Source of the DNA: an uncultured bacterium
Lineage (GTDB): Bacteria; Desulfobacterota_D; UBA1144; Nemesobacterales; UBA2774
Assembly: GCA_963825135.1 (NCBI GenBank)
Contig: CAWGRW010000009.1
Coordinates: 1 to 64,000, forward strand
Reading direction: 5' to 3'
DNA length: 64,000 nt
Position 1 is the first letter of the stretch, and each line of letters starts with the position of its first letter. The notes under the pieces are model-generated. The model did no database searches and was not told where the DNA came from. It saw only the letters and a program-made list of their open reading frames with translations. Both the position numbers and the translations under genes were made by a program. This document shows positions 20,772-31,455 of the stretch, piece after piece.

Positions 20772-22370
20772 TCACTCCCTCCGGGTCACCCTCACGGGGG
20801 TTTCCCCGCCGCTGATCGTGGCAAATCCCACGGCCGCCGCGATGAGCGACATAAGGGCGGCGATATACAGCACTATCTCGAAACCGCCGATGAAGGAGCC
20901 GTTCACTATGCCTTCCAACCCGGCCTTTAACTTTTCTCCGAGCGCGGCCGGTATCTCGGCCCCCGCGAGCTTAATCCTCTGCCCGTCCATCTGAGCCCTG
21001 ACCTCGGCCGGAATACCCGCCTTGTCCATGCCCCTGTCTAGGTACGCGCCGAACGCGTGGATTATCACTATCCCCAAAACAGCTATCGTTACGAGGCCCG
21101 CGAGCCTGGCCATGGCGTTATTTATGCCCGACGCCGTGCCGGAATACTCGACGTGCACCGCGTTCATGACCGCGGTCGTCAGGGGCGCGATGCTGAGCGC
21201 GAGCCCGACGCCGATCAGCGTTATGCCGGGGAAGAACGTGCTCAGGAAGCTCCCCGGCCCGTTGAAGAGCGCGAGCGACAGGTAACCCGCCGCGCCTATG
21301 ACGGTGCCTGCGACGAACGGGAGCCTCGCGCCGTATTTATCGGTGAGCACGCCCGCCCACCGCGAGAGCACGAATATTATCAATATAATCGGCAGAAGCG
21401 TCGCCCCCGCCTGGGTAGCCGTGTATCCGTACACCTGGATGAGAGCGAAGGGCAGGAAGAAGAACACCCCGCCCAGAGCGCCGTACATGAAGAGCGTCGC
21501 CACGTTCGCGCCCGTGAACGTCGCGGAGCGGAAGAGCGACGGGGGCATCATGGGCGAGTCTTCCCTCCCCTCGACCATGACGAACGCGAGGAGCGCGAGC
21601 GCGCCGAATACCAGGGACGCTATGACGAGCCTGTTCGAGAACCCCAGGTTCGAGCTCTCGATGAGCCCGAACAGTATGCCGCCCAGGCCGAGCGTGGCGA
21701 GAAGACCGCCCGCCCAGTCCACCCTGCCGTCGGAGACGCCGCTCCTGCTCTCGGGAATGCGGAGGAAGAGTATCGTAAGCACCGCGGCCGCTATCGGGAC
21801 GTTGATGAAGAATATCCATCTCCAGGAAACGTTCTCCACGAGCCACCCCCCGAGCACGGGGCCGAGCGCCGTGGTTATCGCCGAGAACGCGGACCACGTG
21901 CCGATGGCCCTCCCTCTCTCCTCCGGGCCGAAGAAGACAGTGATTATCGCGAGGCTCCCCGGTATGAGGAGAGCGCCGCCCACGCCCTGGAGCGCGCGGA
22001 ACGCTATCAGCTGGTATATGGAATGCGAGAGCCCGCAGAGAACCGACGAGACGGCGAAGAGCCCGACGCCGAGCGCGTACACGCGCCTCCTTCCGAACCT
22101 GTCCCCGAGCGCGCCGCCCACGAGTATGAGCGCCGCGAGGAAGAGGGTGTACGCCTCGATGACCCACTGCGCGTTCGTTATGGACGCGCCCAGCTTTGCC
22201 TGGAGCGCGGGCAGAGCCACGTTGACCGCGGTGCCGTCTATGGACGCGATGCTCGACCCGAGTATGGTCGCGGCGAGCACCCAGCGCCCTTCGGTCAATC
22301 TTCTGGTAGCAGATTCTTCCCCCGCCCCCGCCGGGGGGGCGATCACGGGAGGTTTTCCGATTAAAGCCAT
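20772..22370 (-). CDS. MFS transporter, DHA2 family
   Basis: DGTAVNVALP, GALGDRFGRRR, GPVLGGWL..WRWIFFINVP. Confidence 0.95.
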   Translation of the reverse strand: MALIGKPPVIAPPAGAGEESATRRLTEGRWVLAATILGSSIASIDGTAVNVALPALQAKLGASITNAQWVIEAYTLFLAALILVGGALGDRFGRRRVYALGVGLFAVSSVLCGLSHSIYQLIAFRALQGVGGALLIPGSLAIITVFFGPEERGRAIGTWSAFSAITTALGPVLGGWLVENVSWRWIFFINVPIAAAVLTILFLRIPESRSGVSDGRVDWAGGLLATLGLGGILFGLIESSNLGFSNRLVIASLVFGALALLAFVMVEGREDSPMMPPSLFRSATFTGANVATLFMYGALGGVFFFLPFALIQVYGYTATQAGATLLPIILIIFVLSRWAGVLTDKYGARLPFVAGTVIGAAGYLSLALFNGPGSFLSTFFPGITLIGVGLALSIAPLTTAVMNAVHVEYSGTASGINNAMARLAGLVTIAVLGIVIIHAFGAYLDRGMDKAGIPAEVRAQMDGQRIKLAGAEIPAALGEKLKAGLEGIVNGSFIGGFEIVLYIAALMSLIAAAVGFATISGGETPVRVTRRE

Positions 22371-22518
22371 GAAGCGGTTAATTAAACACAATGAACCGTT
22401 AAATGTAAACGGGGACACGCAGACACATAGCGTCGTTCCAAGGTTCCCTCCGGCCTCCCGGGCCTTACCGGCGTTCCGGACGTCCGCGGCGGCCCGCCGC
22501 ACAGTTGTCATTTCGACC

Positions 22519-22689
22519 ACCGCTTCGAGCAAGCAACGGTTTCGAGCGTGCGAGGAACCGGTCGCCCCAGGCTAATTCCTGTAAGTTGCCATCTACCGCG
22601 ATATGTACAGAAAACAAAATAAGTAGGACGCCCCGGGCTAATTCAAAGTTCACTACCTGCTCACCGAATATCAGCATATGAAAACTAAA
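22519..22689 (+). mobile_element. Two nested AAC-stem-loop inserts (inner 22535-22619)
   Basis: Within gtcatttcgacc|gggagaaatct; inner element sits in the loop of the outer one. Confidence 0.6.
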
Positions 22690-23060
22690 CGGGAGAAATC
22701 TATCTTCGTCTGATAATTCCCTCCTTAGGAAAAGGAGGGTTAGGGAGGATTTTCCGTTTGTCCTTTTCGTTAATCCCTAAACGGCCATTATCAAAAACTA
22801 AATCCCCCTGAATCCCCCTTTTTCTAAGGGGGAAAATGATTTTGTCATTCCCGACTCGATCGGGAATCCGGTCTTTTCGATTCAATTCAATCGCGGCTAG
22901 AAGCCGCTCCTACAATTGCGACTGTCATTCGGAGCAGAGCGAGAAATCTATCTTCGTCTGATAATTCCCTCCTCCCTTATAAAAACTTCCATTCTCCAAT
23001 GGTATAATTCTATCGCGCATGCGGCCGTTACGAAGATACCGGCCCCGGGCGCGCGTCCTC

Positions 23061-24125
23061 ATGAGCTCAAGACCGAAATTCAACATCCACCCGCTACTCG
23101 CGGGCGCATCTATCGTCGTAATACTCGCAGGAGTCCGCGAGATCGCTCCCGTGCTCAACATCTTCTTAGTCGCCCTGCTGCTGGCCGTAGCCGTCTCTCC
23201 GCTCCTTACGTGGCAGCTCCGCAAGGGCTGGCCCAAATCGCTATCCCTCGCCCTCACGATACTCATCGTCATAGTCATTATGGGGTCCGTGTCGACGATC
23301 CTCGGGGTGGCGATAAATAATATCGTGGGCAAGGCGCCGTTCTATCAGGAGAAGATAGCCGAGCTCTACCACTCGGGCCTGACCGCCCTTACCGCGAGGG
23401 GGTTCGACGTGAGCGACGTGCAGCAGCTCGACGTATTCAGCCCCGACAAGATAGTCGGCTACATGACCTCCTTCCTCCAGAGCATATTCTCGACCTTCGG
23501 CAACTTCTTCTTCGTCGTGCTGCTGATGGTATTCATACTCATAGAGTTCGCCGACCTCACGATAAAGGCGGACAGGGGCGAGTTCGCGGAGGACTCCTGG
23601 CAGAACAGGTTCGGCGACATAACGAACGACCTCAAGAAGTACGTATCCATAAACGCCATAGCCGGTCTGATGGCCGCGCTTGCGGACTTCATACTGCTCC
23701 TGGCGCTGGGCGTGGATTTCGCGGTGCTCTGGGGGTTCCTCGCATTCCTGTTCAGCTTCATACCGAACATCGGGTTCGTGCTCTCGGTCCTGCCCCCGGC
23801 GCTCCTGGCGCTTCTGGAGTTCGGGTGGGGGCGATGCATACTGGTCGTCGTCGGCTACATAATTTTCAACTCGATCATAGACAACGTCGTCAAGCCGAAG
23901 TTCCTGGGCAAGGAATTCAAGATGTCCATACTCGTCGTCTTCCTGTCGCTGCTCTTCTGGGGCTGGCTCATGGGGGCGATAGGCGCGATATTGGGCGTCC
24001 CGCTCACGATGTCCGTCAAGCGGATCGTCGATTTCATGAACAAGGACATGGAGGCCGACGGACGGGACGTAGAGGGACCGGCCATCCCGCTGCCCGAATC
24101 AAAACCGGGCGGCGCGGACGCGTAG
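23061..24125 (+). CDS. AI-2E family transporter
   Basis: FIPNIG, LSLLFWGWLMGAIGAILGVPL motifs. Confidence 0.9.
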   Translation: MSSRPKFNIHPLLAGASIVVILAGVREIAPVLNIFLVALLLAVAVSPLLTWQLRKGWPKSLSLALTILIVIVIMGSVSTILGVAINNIVGKAPFYQEKIAELYHSGLTALTARGFDVSDVQQLDVFSPDKIVGYMTSFLQSIFSTFGNFFFVVLLMVFILIEFADLTIKADRGEFAEDSWQNRFGDITNDLKKYVSINAIAGLMAALADFILLLALGVDFAVLWGFLAFLFSFIPNIGFVLSVLPPALLALLEFGWGRCILVVVGYIIFNSIIDNVVKPKFLGKEFKMSILVVFLSLLFWGWLMGAIGAILGVPLTMSVKRIVDFMNKDMEADGRDVEGPAIPLPESKPGGADA

Positions 24126-24247
24126 CGTCGCGCAGAAGCCGCGGCGGGTGAGCACCCGCACATTAATTTCCCTCCCCCTTTTCAAAGTGGGGGAGGGTTC
24201 GGGTGGGGGGTTTACTTGGCAGTCCTATCCATCCAGAAGGTTTTTCC

Positions 24248-24476
24248 CCGACATTACAGAATTTGCGGCGGGTGAGCACCCGCGGGCATACGATCTCTAA
24301 CCTCCGCCTCTGCTCAACCTGGCGTGTCATTGCGAGGAGCGAAGCGACGCGGCAATCTCATGAATAAAGCGAGATCGCCACGACCACAGTACGGTCTCGC
24401 GATGACAGAAAAAGGGCTGGGGTAGAATTGGAAGATTTAGCGAGTACATGAGATTTTTAGCAAATTATGTAGTCGG
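24248..24476 (+). repeat. LH repeat copy 7, split (left arm, other modules, then right half)
   Basis: Left arm at 24248; right half gggtagaattggaagatt...gtagtcgg at about 24420-24476. Confidence 0.75.
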
Positions 24477-24857
24477 ATGATTTTTGCTTCTTTGTATCCA
24501 GACAAAGAAGAAAACAATATTGTCTTTGCTTTTTCCGAGTCTTTTCATGAATCACATTCTGGGTGTGATTTTTGCTTCTTTTCATCAAGGAAAAGAAGGA
24601 TAAAACAAACAGTCTTTCACCTTTCTAGTCTGTTCACTATCTTTTCATAGACCATCTAGATGCACGGTGTTTTCATAATCCATACAACGTGTGTTCATCA
24701 AGGAAAGGAAGAAAAATAAAATAGCCTTTCTTTTTTCATTTCCTTTTCAACGGCGCGCAGCACCCCCTCCCCCCGAACAACCGCCGGAATTTACTAATGC
24801 CGGAAACCCCTGTATCTTAATTGCTGAACATGAAACCAGACAACAGGACCCGGAACC

Positions 24858-25064
24858 ATGGCTGATCAGGAAATGCAGGACATTTACGGGATGAAGCTCC
24901 ACGACCGTATCGTGTTTCAGAACTTCACAGTCGACAGAGTACCCGGCGGCTGGCTCTACACCTTCATAATCGAGCATACGTACCCCAGCCATTCCGGACG
25001 CGAGACCGGGAGCATCTCGGCCACGACCACGTTCGTCCCCTACAGCGAAGAATTCAGGAAATAA
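24858..25064 (+). CDS. Small hypothetical protein with RVPGGWLY motif
   Basis: 68-aa ORF with genome-like codon usage, ending TTFVPYSEEF. Confidence 0.7.
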   Translation: MADQEMQDIYGMKLHDRIVFQNFTVDRVPGGWLYTFIIEHTYPSHSGRETGSISATTTFVPYSEEFRK

Positions 25065-25086
25065 TCAAGGTACATCCGGCTCCGCA

Positions 25087-25893
25087 TCAGACAATCAGTC
25101 TATGGCCTATCATCCACAGGCCGTACGCGGCGAGCAGCACCCCCGCGACCCTCGCCACCCACTGCCCCGAAGGCGCGAGCTTCTCAATCAAAACGAACGC
25201 GGCGATCAGGGCTACCCAGAGGAGGTTCATGACTCCGGTAACGAAGAGGACCGTCATCAGGAGCCAGCAGCACCCGACGCAGTAGGTCCCGTGCCTGAGC
25301 CCCATCACGAACGCCCCCGCGCCCCCTTCCCGCCACTCCGACATCAGGAACCCGAGCGGCGAGCGGCAGTGCCTGAGGCATGCGTGCTTGAGCGGCGTCC
25401 ATTGGAACACCCCGGCGGCGATCAATATCGCCCCGCCGAGCACGGGGCTCGTGCTCACCATCATCGGCGACAGGAGAGCGGCTTCGTGCAGGCCCCATTG
25501 AGCGAGCGCGGCTACAAGGCTGAACCCCGTCCATGAAGCCATGTATCCGAGCAGAAACATCCCCGCGAGCCCGAGGACGCTGCTCTCGCGCCCGTTTCGC
25601 CTGATAGCGTTCGCATAGAGCAGCACCATTTGCGAGACGGAGGGGATCATCATGGCCGCCATCATCACGGTCCACATGAGAAACAAAAGGGTAAGGTCGA
25701 CCGGACCCCACGTCGCCATATTCGGCATGTCCATGTCCATGCTCATGTCCATGCTCTTCATTTCCCATGCCGAATGTATGGTATAGATCCAGGCGAGTAT
25801 AGCGATGCCCGCGAGTCCGAGCAATATGATAATACGGTCCCGCCTGAGCGCGGCCTCTATAATGGAAGTGTTTTGTCCGGCGTTCGCGCTCAT
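25087..25893 (-). CDS. DUF2182 predicted metal-binding membrane protein
   Basis: MW.VMM.AMM.P, FQWTPLK.ACL.HCRSP, G.YCVGCCW.LM. Confidence 0.92.
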   Translation of the reverse strand: MSANAGQNTSIIEAALRRDRIIILLGLAGIAILAWIYTIHSAWEMKSMDMSMDMDMPNMATWGPVDLTLLFLMWTVMMAAMMIPSVSQMVLLYANAIRRNGRESSVLGLAGMFLLGYMASWTGFSLVAALAQWGLHEAALLSPMMVSTSPVLGGAILIAAGVFQWTPLKHACLRHCRSPLGFLMSEWREGGAGAFVMGLRHGTYCVGCCWLLMTVLFVTGVMNLLWVALIAAFVLIEKLAPSGQWVARVAGVLLAAYGLWMIGHRLIV

Positions 25894-26498
25894 GAAGCCG
25901 AGTAAGAAAACGGCGAGTAAAATCCGTTCTTATTCGTGATGTGCCAGTTAAACCCGAAGTCTTTGAGTGTGAGCTGGTTAGATTTCGCCACTACGGCCGG
26001 ATATCCGGGCGCGACGCAGAACGGCATGTTCGTCACAGTAACGTCCGCGCCGCCCTGACCGGGCATGGCCTCTATCTCCATATCGGCGACGTCCCCCAGA
26101 CGGAGACTCCGCGTCTTGCCCTCGGCGCGGTAATCGATCGCGACGCTCTTCACGCCGAGAATGGTCCCGACAAAAGAAGCGATTCCCGCGGGATGCCCTC
26201 CGGCCAGCCCCGAGAATATCGTGATCAGAGCCTGCGTCTGTTCTTTGCTCGCCCTGTCGTCAACATATACCACGGTCGTCCACTTCACTTCCAGCATGTG
26301 CCCCGGCGCGTGCACGGCGAGCGCGATGTTGATGCCGTCGAGATTAACGTCCTGGTAATGTCCCTTGTCGATGTGCCATGCCACAAGAGCCTTGCATTCC
26401 CCCTCCGAAGGCGCGCTCATGAACACGCACGGGCACGCGGCATCGCAGTTGCACGCTTCGAAATAAGACCCGTTCAGCTTCCAATCAGTTACGGCCAT
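25890..26498 (-). CDS. DUF1326 domain protein
   Basis: G.YFEACNC...CPC motif; overlaps DUF2182 gene by 4 nt. Confidence 0.92.
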   Translation of the reverse strand: MAVTDWKLNGSYFEACNCDAACPCVFMSAPSEGECKALVAWHIDKGHYQDVNLDGINIALAVHAPGHMLEVKWTTVVYVDDRASKEQTQALITIFSGLAGGHPAGIASFVGTILGVKSVAIDYRAEGKTRSLRLGDVADMEIEAMPGQGGADVTVTNMPFCVAPGYPAVVAKSNQLTLKDFGFNWHITNKNGFYSPFSYSAS

Positions 26499-26670
26499 AT
26501 CTACCCCCTGAATGCGGATTTTGTAACCAAAACGACACTTCGTTAATATTTTGACACATTTATTCATCATTGTTAAGTGATTTTGTATATTGAAATACGT
26601 CCAAGTATAAATTCTTCCCCCTCCTTCCTCTTAATTCCTTCCTTCCTCTTAATTCCCTCCTTTAGCAAAG

Positions 26671-26762
26671 AACGGTTCTGAGCAAGCGTAAGAACCGGAC
26701 GCCCTGCACCAAGAGCACCGAAGGATATTAACTTTCGGCTGAATGTTGCTGAAGTCCAAATC
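26671..26762 (+). mobile_element. ~92-nt AAC-stem-loop insert
   Basis: Follows ccctcctttagcaaag; head aacggttctgagcaagcgtaagaaccggacg. Confidence 0.65.
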
Positions 26763-27160
26763 GATGATTGCCTTAGCTAAAATAGAAACGTGATGGAGTA
26801 CAACATAATCCTTATATTCCCGAAGCCTTAATCGGGAATCCAGTTCGTGAACAACGTAGGAGAGGATTATGTTTTTATCCATTAACTCTGTGCCTGTCGA
26901 AGGATGAGCCTGTCCTGAGCGAAGTCGAAGGATCGAAGAGGTGTCATTTCGAACGCACGTGAGAAATCTGTCTTAGCCCTCATCCCCCCCTCCCCCCTCT
27001 ACCCTCCCGGCCGAATCGGCACTATTATTAGTAAGCCTGTCTGCGAGAAGGGGTAACCGTGCGGTAATTTCTGTCTTTTTCATCCGTTCCAAGCCCTTCA
27101 TACGTACCTGTTATTATAGGTATTTAACGCGGCGGCATACTGTTTAAAGGAGGATTCGCC

Positions 27161-29197
27161 ATGCGATTCACTGAAATCACAAGGTTGGGCTCGGCGATAA
27201 TTATCGCGTTTTTGACGACTCTCATAATGACCGGAGACGGCCAAAAGGCGCTCGCCCAGTCGTCCGCGACGATAACGATCAACAACTACTGCTCGGAGAC
27301 CGTCTGGGTAGCCGCCGTACCGGGCATCACGTCAGGCACGATAACGGGCGGAAGCGACCCAGGCTCGATCAGCACGCTCGGCGGCTGGGAGCTCGACTCG
27401 AACGCCGTGGCTACCGTCACCGTGCCCGACAACTGGTCGGGCAGGTTCTGGGGGCGTACGGGCTGCAGCTTCGATCCCTCGACCAGCGTCTGCGACCCGC
27501 AGAACGTAACTGTAAACAACAACCAATACGTCATAGCCAACTGCTGCGACACGGGCGGGTGTATGAACGGGAGCAACTTCGCGCTCGACTGCGCGCAGAC
27601 GGGCCTTCCCCCGGCGACCCTCGCCGAGTTCACTCTCGCGGCGGGCGGACTCGACAACTACGACATCAGCATGGTGGACGGCGGCAACATAGCGGTCGAA
27701 ATAATCCCGAACTCCTCGGACTACAGCTGCACCGGGAACAACAACTGCATATTCACGGGCAATCTTCCGGGCACGAACTCGCCCACGTGCGCCCAGGACT
27801 CGGACTGCTACCCGCTCTTCGGCTTCGGCTACAAGTGGAAATGCGATACTAATCTAAACGAATGCGTGAACCCGTTTTTCTGCGGGAGCCCGGGATGCAC
27901 CGACACGGGCGGGTGCGCTCCGAGCGGCCTCGTGCAGTCGGACCTCCCCTCGTCCCCGTGGACTGGTGCTTCCGGTTTCGCCGTCTCGCAGACGGACTGC
28001 CCTTCGGAGCTTCAGCTAAATAACGATCAGAACCAGGGCACGAGCTACGTAGGCTGCTTCGCGCCCCAGAAATTCTGCAGGCAGACGTGCACCGTGGACG
28101 GCGACTGCGGCCCGCCTTACACGTTTAACTGCGGGGCCTCCGGGTACTGCGAGCAGTCGCAGGCCGAACAGGTCATACTCGGGGCCGACTGCGACACCAC
28201 CGTAGCGGATACGACCAACGGGAACCTCTGGGCATGCTCCGGAGTCAACGCGGGCTCGTGCTTCACAGCCGGGACGAACGCCGATTGCTGCGGATGCCCG
28301 AGCTGGGCGCCGGGATACCCGAGCGGGGCGTGCCAGGCCGGGAATAACGCGAACTGGCAGTCCGTTGCCCAGCCCATAGCGCTCGTGTTCGACACCTCGA
28401 GCCCGACCACGTACGCCTTTCCCTACGACGACGCGATCAAGCTTTTTAACTGCCAGACGTCGACAGCTGGTCAGGCCGTCAATTACACGGTCAACTTCTG
28501 CCCCAACAACTCGGACGGCGACGCCGCGCAGAACCCGGACGACGCGGACATCGACGACGACGGCGTTATGAACGGCGTCGAGACGGCTAACGCGGCTGAC
28601 GCAACGAATGCGGAGGGGAGAATAATATTCCCGGAGGATGACCCGGATGAAGACGGGGTACTTAACCAGAAGGACCTCGACTCCGACCAGGACGGCCTTA
28701 CGGACCACTACGAATGCGGGGGTACCGACGACGCCGACAAGGACGGCAGGGTCGATTCGGATACCGACGAGAACAAGAACGGGGTCGCGGACGAATACGA
28801 CCCGAGCCAGGGCGGCAATATGCTCAAGTGCGCGGACACGGACGGTGACGGCAGACCTGATTTCATAGATATAGACTCCGATAACGACGGCGGCACAGAT
28901 TACGAAGAGAGCGGAGGTACTGACGCGGACGGCGACGGACTGCCCGACACGACCGTGGATGCGAACAGGGACGGGCTCCTCGACGTATTCGACTCCGGGC
29001 GGGGCGGCGCTCCCCTCGAGCTCAGGGACTCGGACGGCGACGGCATACCCGACCAGCTCGACGCGGATAGCGGCGGGAACGGCGGATGCGCGCTCGCTCC
29101 CGCAAGCACCGGGACACCCGCGGCCCTTCTCCCGCTCCTCTTTATACCGGCATTAATCCTTTTCAGGAGGTCCTTACGTATATATAGTAAGGACTGA
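27161..29197 (+). CDS. Thaumatin-family protein with Asp-rich Ca-binding (TSP3-like) repeats and a GGC-type C-terminal sorting tail
   Basis: N.CSETVW, WSGRFWGRTGC, PPATLAEFT, YDISMVDG.N, YAFPYDD; DSD.DG..D repeats; GGNGGCALAP-TM-RR tail. Confidence 0.9.
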   Translation: MRFTEITRLGSAIIIAFLTTLIMTGDGQKALAQSSATITINNYCSETVWVAAVPGITSGTITGGSDPGSISTLGGWELDSNAVATVTVPDNWSGRFWGRTGCSFDPSTSVCDPQNVTVNNNQYVIANCCDTGGCMNGSNFALDCAQTGLPPATLAEFTLAAGGLDNYDISMVDGGNIAVEIIPNSSDYSCTGNNNCIFTGNLPGTNSPTCAQDSDCYPLFGFGYKWKCDTNLNECVNPFFCGSPGCTDTGGCAPSGLVQSDLPSSPWTGASGFAVSQTDCPSELQLNNDQNQGTSYVGCFAPQKFCRQTCTVDGDCGPPYTFNCGASGYCEQSQAEQVILGADCDTTVADTTNGNLWACSGVNAGSCFTAGTNADCCGCPSWAPGYPSGACQAGNNANWQSVAQPIALVFDTSSPTTYAFPYDDAIKLFNCQTSTAGQAVNYTVNFCPNNSDGDAAQNPDDADIDDDGVMNGVETANAADATNAEGRIIFPEDDPDEDGVLNQKDLDSDQDGLTDHYECGGTDDADKDGRVDSDTDENKNGVADEYDPSQGGNMLKCADTDGDGRPDFIDIDSDNDGGTDYEESGGTDADGDGLPDTTVDANRDGLLDVFDSGRGGAPLELRDSDGDGIPDQLDADSGGNGGCALAPASTGTPAALLPLLFIPALILFRRSLRIYSKD

Positions 29198-29216
29198 CGA
29201 CAGTCCGCCAACACAG

Positions 29217-29253
29217 GTGTCAGGGGTTCTCTCTCCGTAAAAACCCCTGACAC
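29217..29253 (+). terminator. Hairpin after the thaumatin gene
   Basis: gtgtcagggg...cccctgacac inverted repeat. Confidence 0.55.
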
Positions 29254-29418
29254 TCCCTAGCATCACAATGTGCGCTCATCATACGTTCTAGTGTGACTCC
29301 CCTGCCCGTCCTGACCCTGTCTTGCGAGCAAAGCTGACGAGAGTCAGCAAAGCGCGGCAATCTCATCCCTACACCGTCATTTCGAGCAAGCGCGGGAAAT
29401 CTACTTTTGCTTTCTCTT

Positions 29419-29546
29419 CGCGACATTACAGAATTTGCGATGTATAGAAACATCGATTGTACGAGCGTTAAAAATCTTACGCGGGACGGGGTTGAATCGG
29501 AAGATTTAGCGAGTACATGAGATTTTTAGCAAATTATGTAGTCGCG
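29419..29546 (+). repeat. LH repeat copy 8
   Basis: cgcgac...gtcgcg terminal variant. Confidence 0.9.
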
Positions 29547-29753
29547 CATGATTTTCGCTTCTCTTCATCAAGGAAAAGAAGGATAAAGAAAACCGAGTCT
29601 TTCTCCCTAAGTCTTTTCGAAAGACCACACTACGTGTGTCGGCTGGTAGCCGCTCCTACAATTAGGGGAGGAAAAGAAGAAATAATATTTGCCATTGCTT
29701 TGTCTTTGCATGTTCAACGCCCTAGCCGCAGCCGGGAAGCTCCCAGCGTGCCC

Positions 29754-30548
29754 CTACTCCCCTATCCTCTTCCCGCAGTGAGGACAGACCTTGACTTCGG
29801 AATCTTTCTTCCGCATCTCCTCGACGAACCCCGAAGCGATAATACCGGCGGGTATCGCGAATAGCGCTATGCCCATGACGGACACGCACGCGGCGACGAG
29901 CTTGCCTAAGGGAGAGAGCGGGAGCACGTCCCCGTATCCCACGGTGCTGAGCGTCACCACGGCCCACCACATCGCGGCGGGGATGCTCGAGAACGCCCTG
30001 GGCTGCTTGTCGTGCTCGATGTAGTACATGAGGCTCGACGACAGTATGATGAGTATCAGCACGAGCATGGCGGAAATGACTATCTCCCTCTTCTTCGCCC
30101 TGAACACGTTCCCGAACAGCTTGAACTCCTCCGCGTACCGGGTCATCTTGAGGAGCGTCAGGAGGCGGAGCACCCGGAGGAAGCGGAGGTCGACCGTCGT
30201 AACGAACGGCAGGTAGAAAGGCAGTATCGCTATAAGGTCGACCAGGGCGAACGTCGAGAATATGTACCTTATCCGGCCCGCGACCGGGCCCTTGTATCTC
30301 TCATCGACGGTGCACGTCCACACGCGCAGCAGATACTCTATCGTGAACAGTATGATGGAGACTACGTTGAATACGTCGAAGAATTTCCCGTACCTGGCGT
30401 CTATGCTGTCGACCGTCTCCAGTATGACGGCGGCGACGTTCAGCACGATGAGCGCCATGATGAAGAGCATGAACACCTGCTCGGCCGCGGGGCTCGTGTC
30501 GTCGGGCTCCATTACGTCGTGGATTCTGTACTTCAGCTTTTCATACAT
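29754..30548 (-). CDS. Voltage-gated potassium channel (6TM ion transporter)
   Basis: TVGYGD selectivity filter, S4-like LRFLRVLRLL, C-terminal CPHC. Confidence 0.95.
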   Translation of the reverse strand: MYEKLKYRIHDVMEPDDTSPAAEQVFMLFIMALIVLNVAAVILETVDSIDARYGKFFDVFNVVSIILFTIEYLLRVWTCTVDERYKGPVAGRIRYIFSTFALVDLIAILPFYLPFVTTVDLRFLRVLRLLTLLKMTRYAEEFKLFGNVFRAKKREIVISAMLVLILIILSSSLMYYIEHDKQPRAFSSIPAAMWWAVVTLSTVGYGDVLPLSPLGKLVAACVSVMGIALFAIPAGIIASGFVEEMRKKDSEVKVCPHCGKRIGE

Positions 30549-30668
30549 AGGCGTCCAATAATTCTAAGAACTTACGCCCGGCATTGCAAGATGTACATTA
30601 AAAGAGACCGAATCGCTCAGGCCCCCCTTGCCTCCCCCGCGCTCTCATATATCCTTACTATCCGGTAT

Positions 30669-31139
30669 ATGAAAATACGGCTCGCGCACGTAAGCATCAC
30701 CGCAAAGGACCTGACGGGGCTGAGGGAGTTCTACGAAAAGGCGCTCGGCTTCGTCGAGGCGCGCCCGGAGAGGGGCTTCTCCGGCGGCTGGCTCGGGAAG
30801 GGCACGGGCGTCCCCGGCGCCGAGATCAGGAGGGTACACCTCCGCCTGCCTGATTCAAGGGGGGACGGCGCGCACCTGGAATTGATCGAATACGCGAGCA
30901 CGGCCGGAGAAGCCGCGCCCCCGGCCGCAGACCGCGCGGGGCTGAGGCACATCGCCTTCGAGACCGGGAGCGCCCGGGAGATTACGAGGCTCCGCGACAC
31001 GATCATCGAAAACGGCGGCGGAGAGCTCGGGGAAATTTCCGTGAAGGAAATAGACGGCCTCGGCACTGTCACGTTCGTTTACATGACCGACCCCGAGGGG
31101 AATATCATAGAGCTGCTTAACTGGCGGGCCTCACAGTGA
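30669..31139 (+). CDS. VOC/glyoxalase family protein
   Basis: HVSI...FY..LGF, LELIEY, GLRHIAF, DPEGNIIEL. Confidence 0.92.
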   Translation: MKIRLAHVSITAKDLTGLREFYEKALGFVEARPERGFSGGWLGKGTGVPGAEIRRVHLRLPDSRGDGAHLELIEYASTAGEAAPPAADRAGLRHIAFETGSAREITRLRDTIIENGGGELGEISVKEIDGLGTVTFVYMTDPEGNIIELLNWRASQ

Positions 31140-31249
31140 GCCTTCGAGCTTACGATCTCGAACTTCCTCCTCTGCCCCATCAATTTATGAAGTTCAACCC
31201 GTTCGTCCTGAGCTTGTCGAAGGATGGAAATATTAAATCCCCCTGAATC

Positions 31250-31335
31250 TGGTTTAACAAAAGTGTCACTTCAATTAAGAAAGTCCCTTTGCATTTAATC
31301 ATCTCCGACCAATTCCTCACTTGTTCGAAATTGTT
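31250..31335 (-). mobile_element. ~86-nt AAC-stem-loop insert (relative at 51893-51979)
   Basis: Interrupts ccccctgaatc|cccctttttctaagggggaa; empty site at about 22801-22835. Confidence 0.7.
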
Positions 31336-31455
31336 CCCCTTTTTCTAAGGGGGAAATTGTTATCTCTTCGCTTCTATGCCTTAATTCCCTCCTTTGGAAA
31401 AGGAGGGCTAGGGAGGATTTAGTTTTTTGTCATCCCCGAACGCCTTCCGGGCTTA

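Noticed and set aside
21057..22575. Long opposite-strand ORFs (also 37609-39015, 57256-58905, 60353-61342) and the same-strand off-frame ORF 60327-61688
   Set aside because: Shadow frames of well-supported GC-rich genes with no recognisable motifs.
30012..30668. 375-aa version of the glyoxalase ORF
   Set aside because: The extension overlaps the K+ channel on the opposite strand; the VOC domain starts at 30669.
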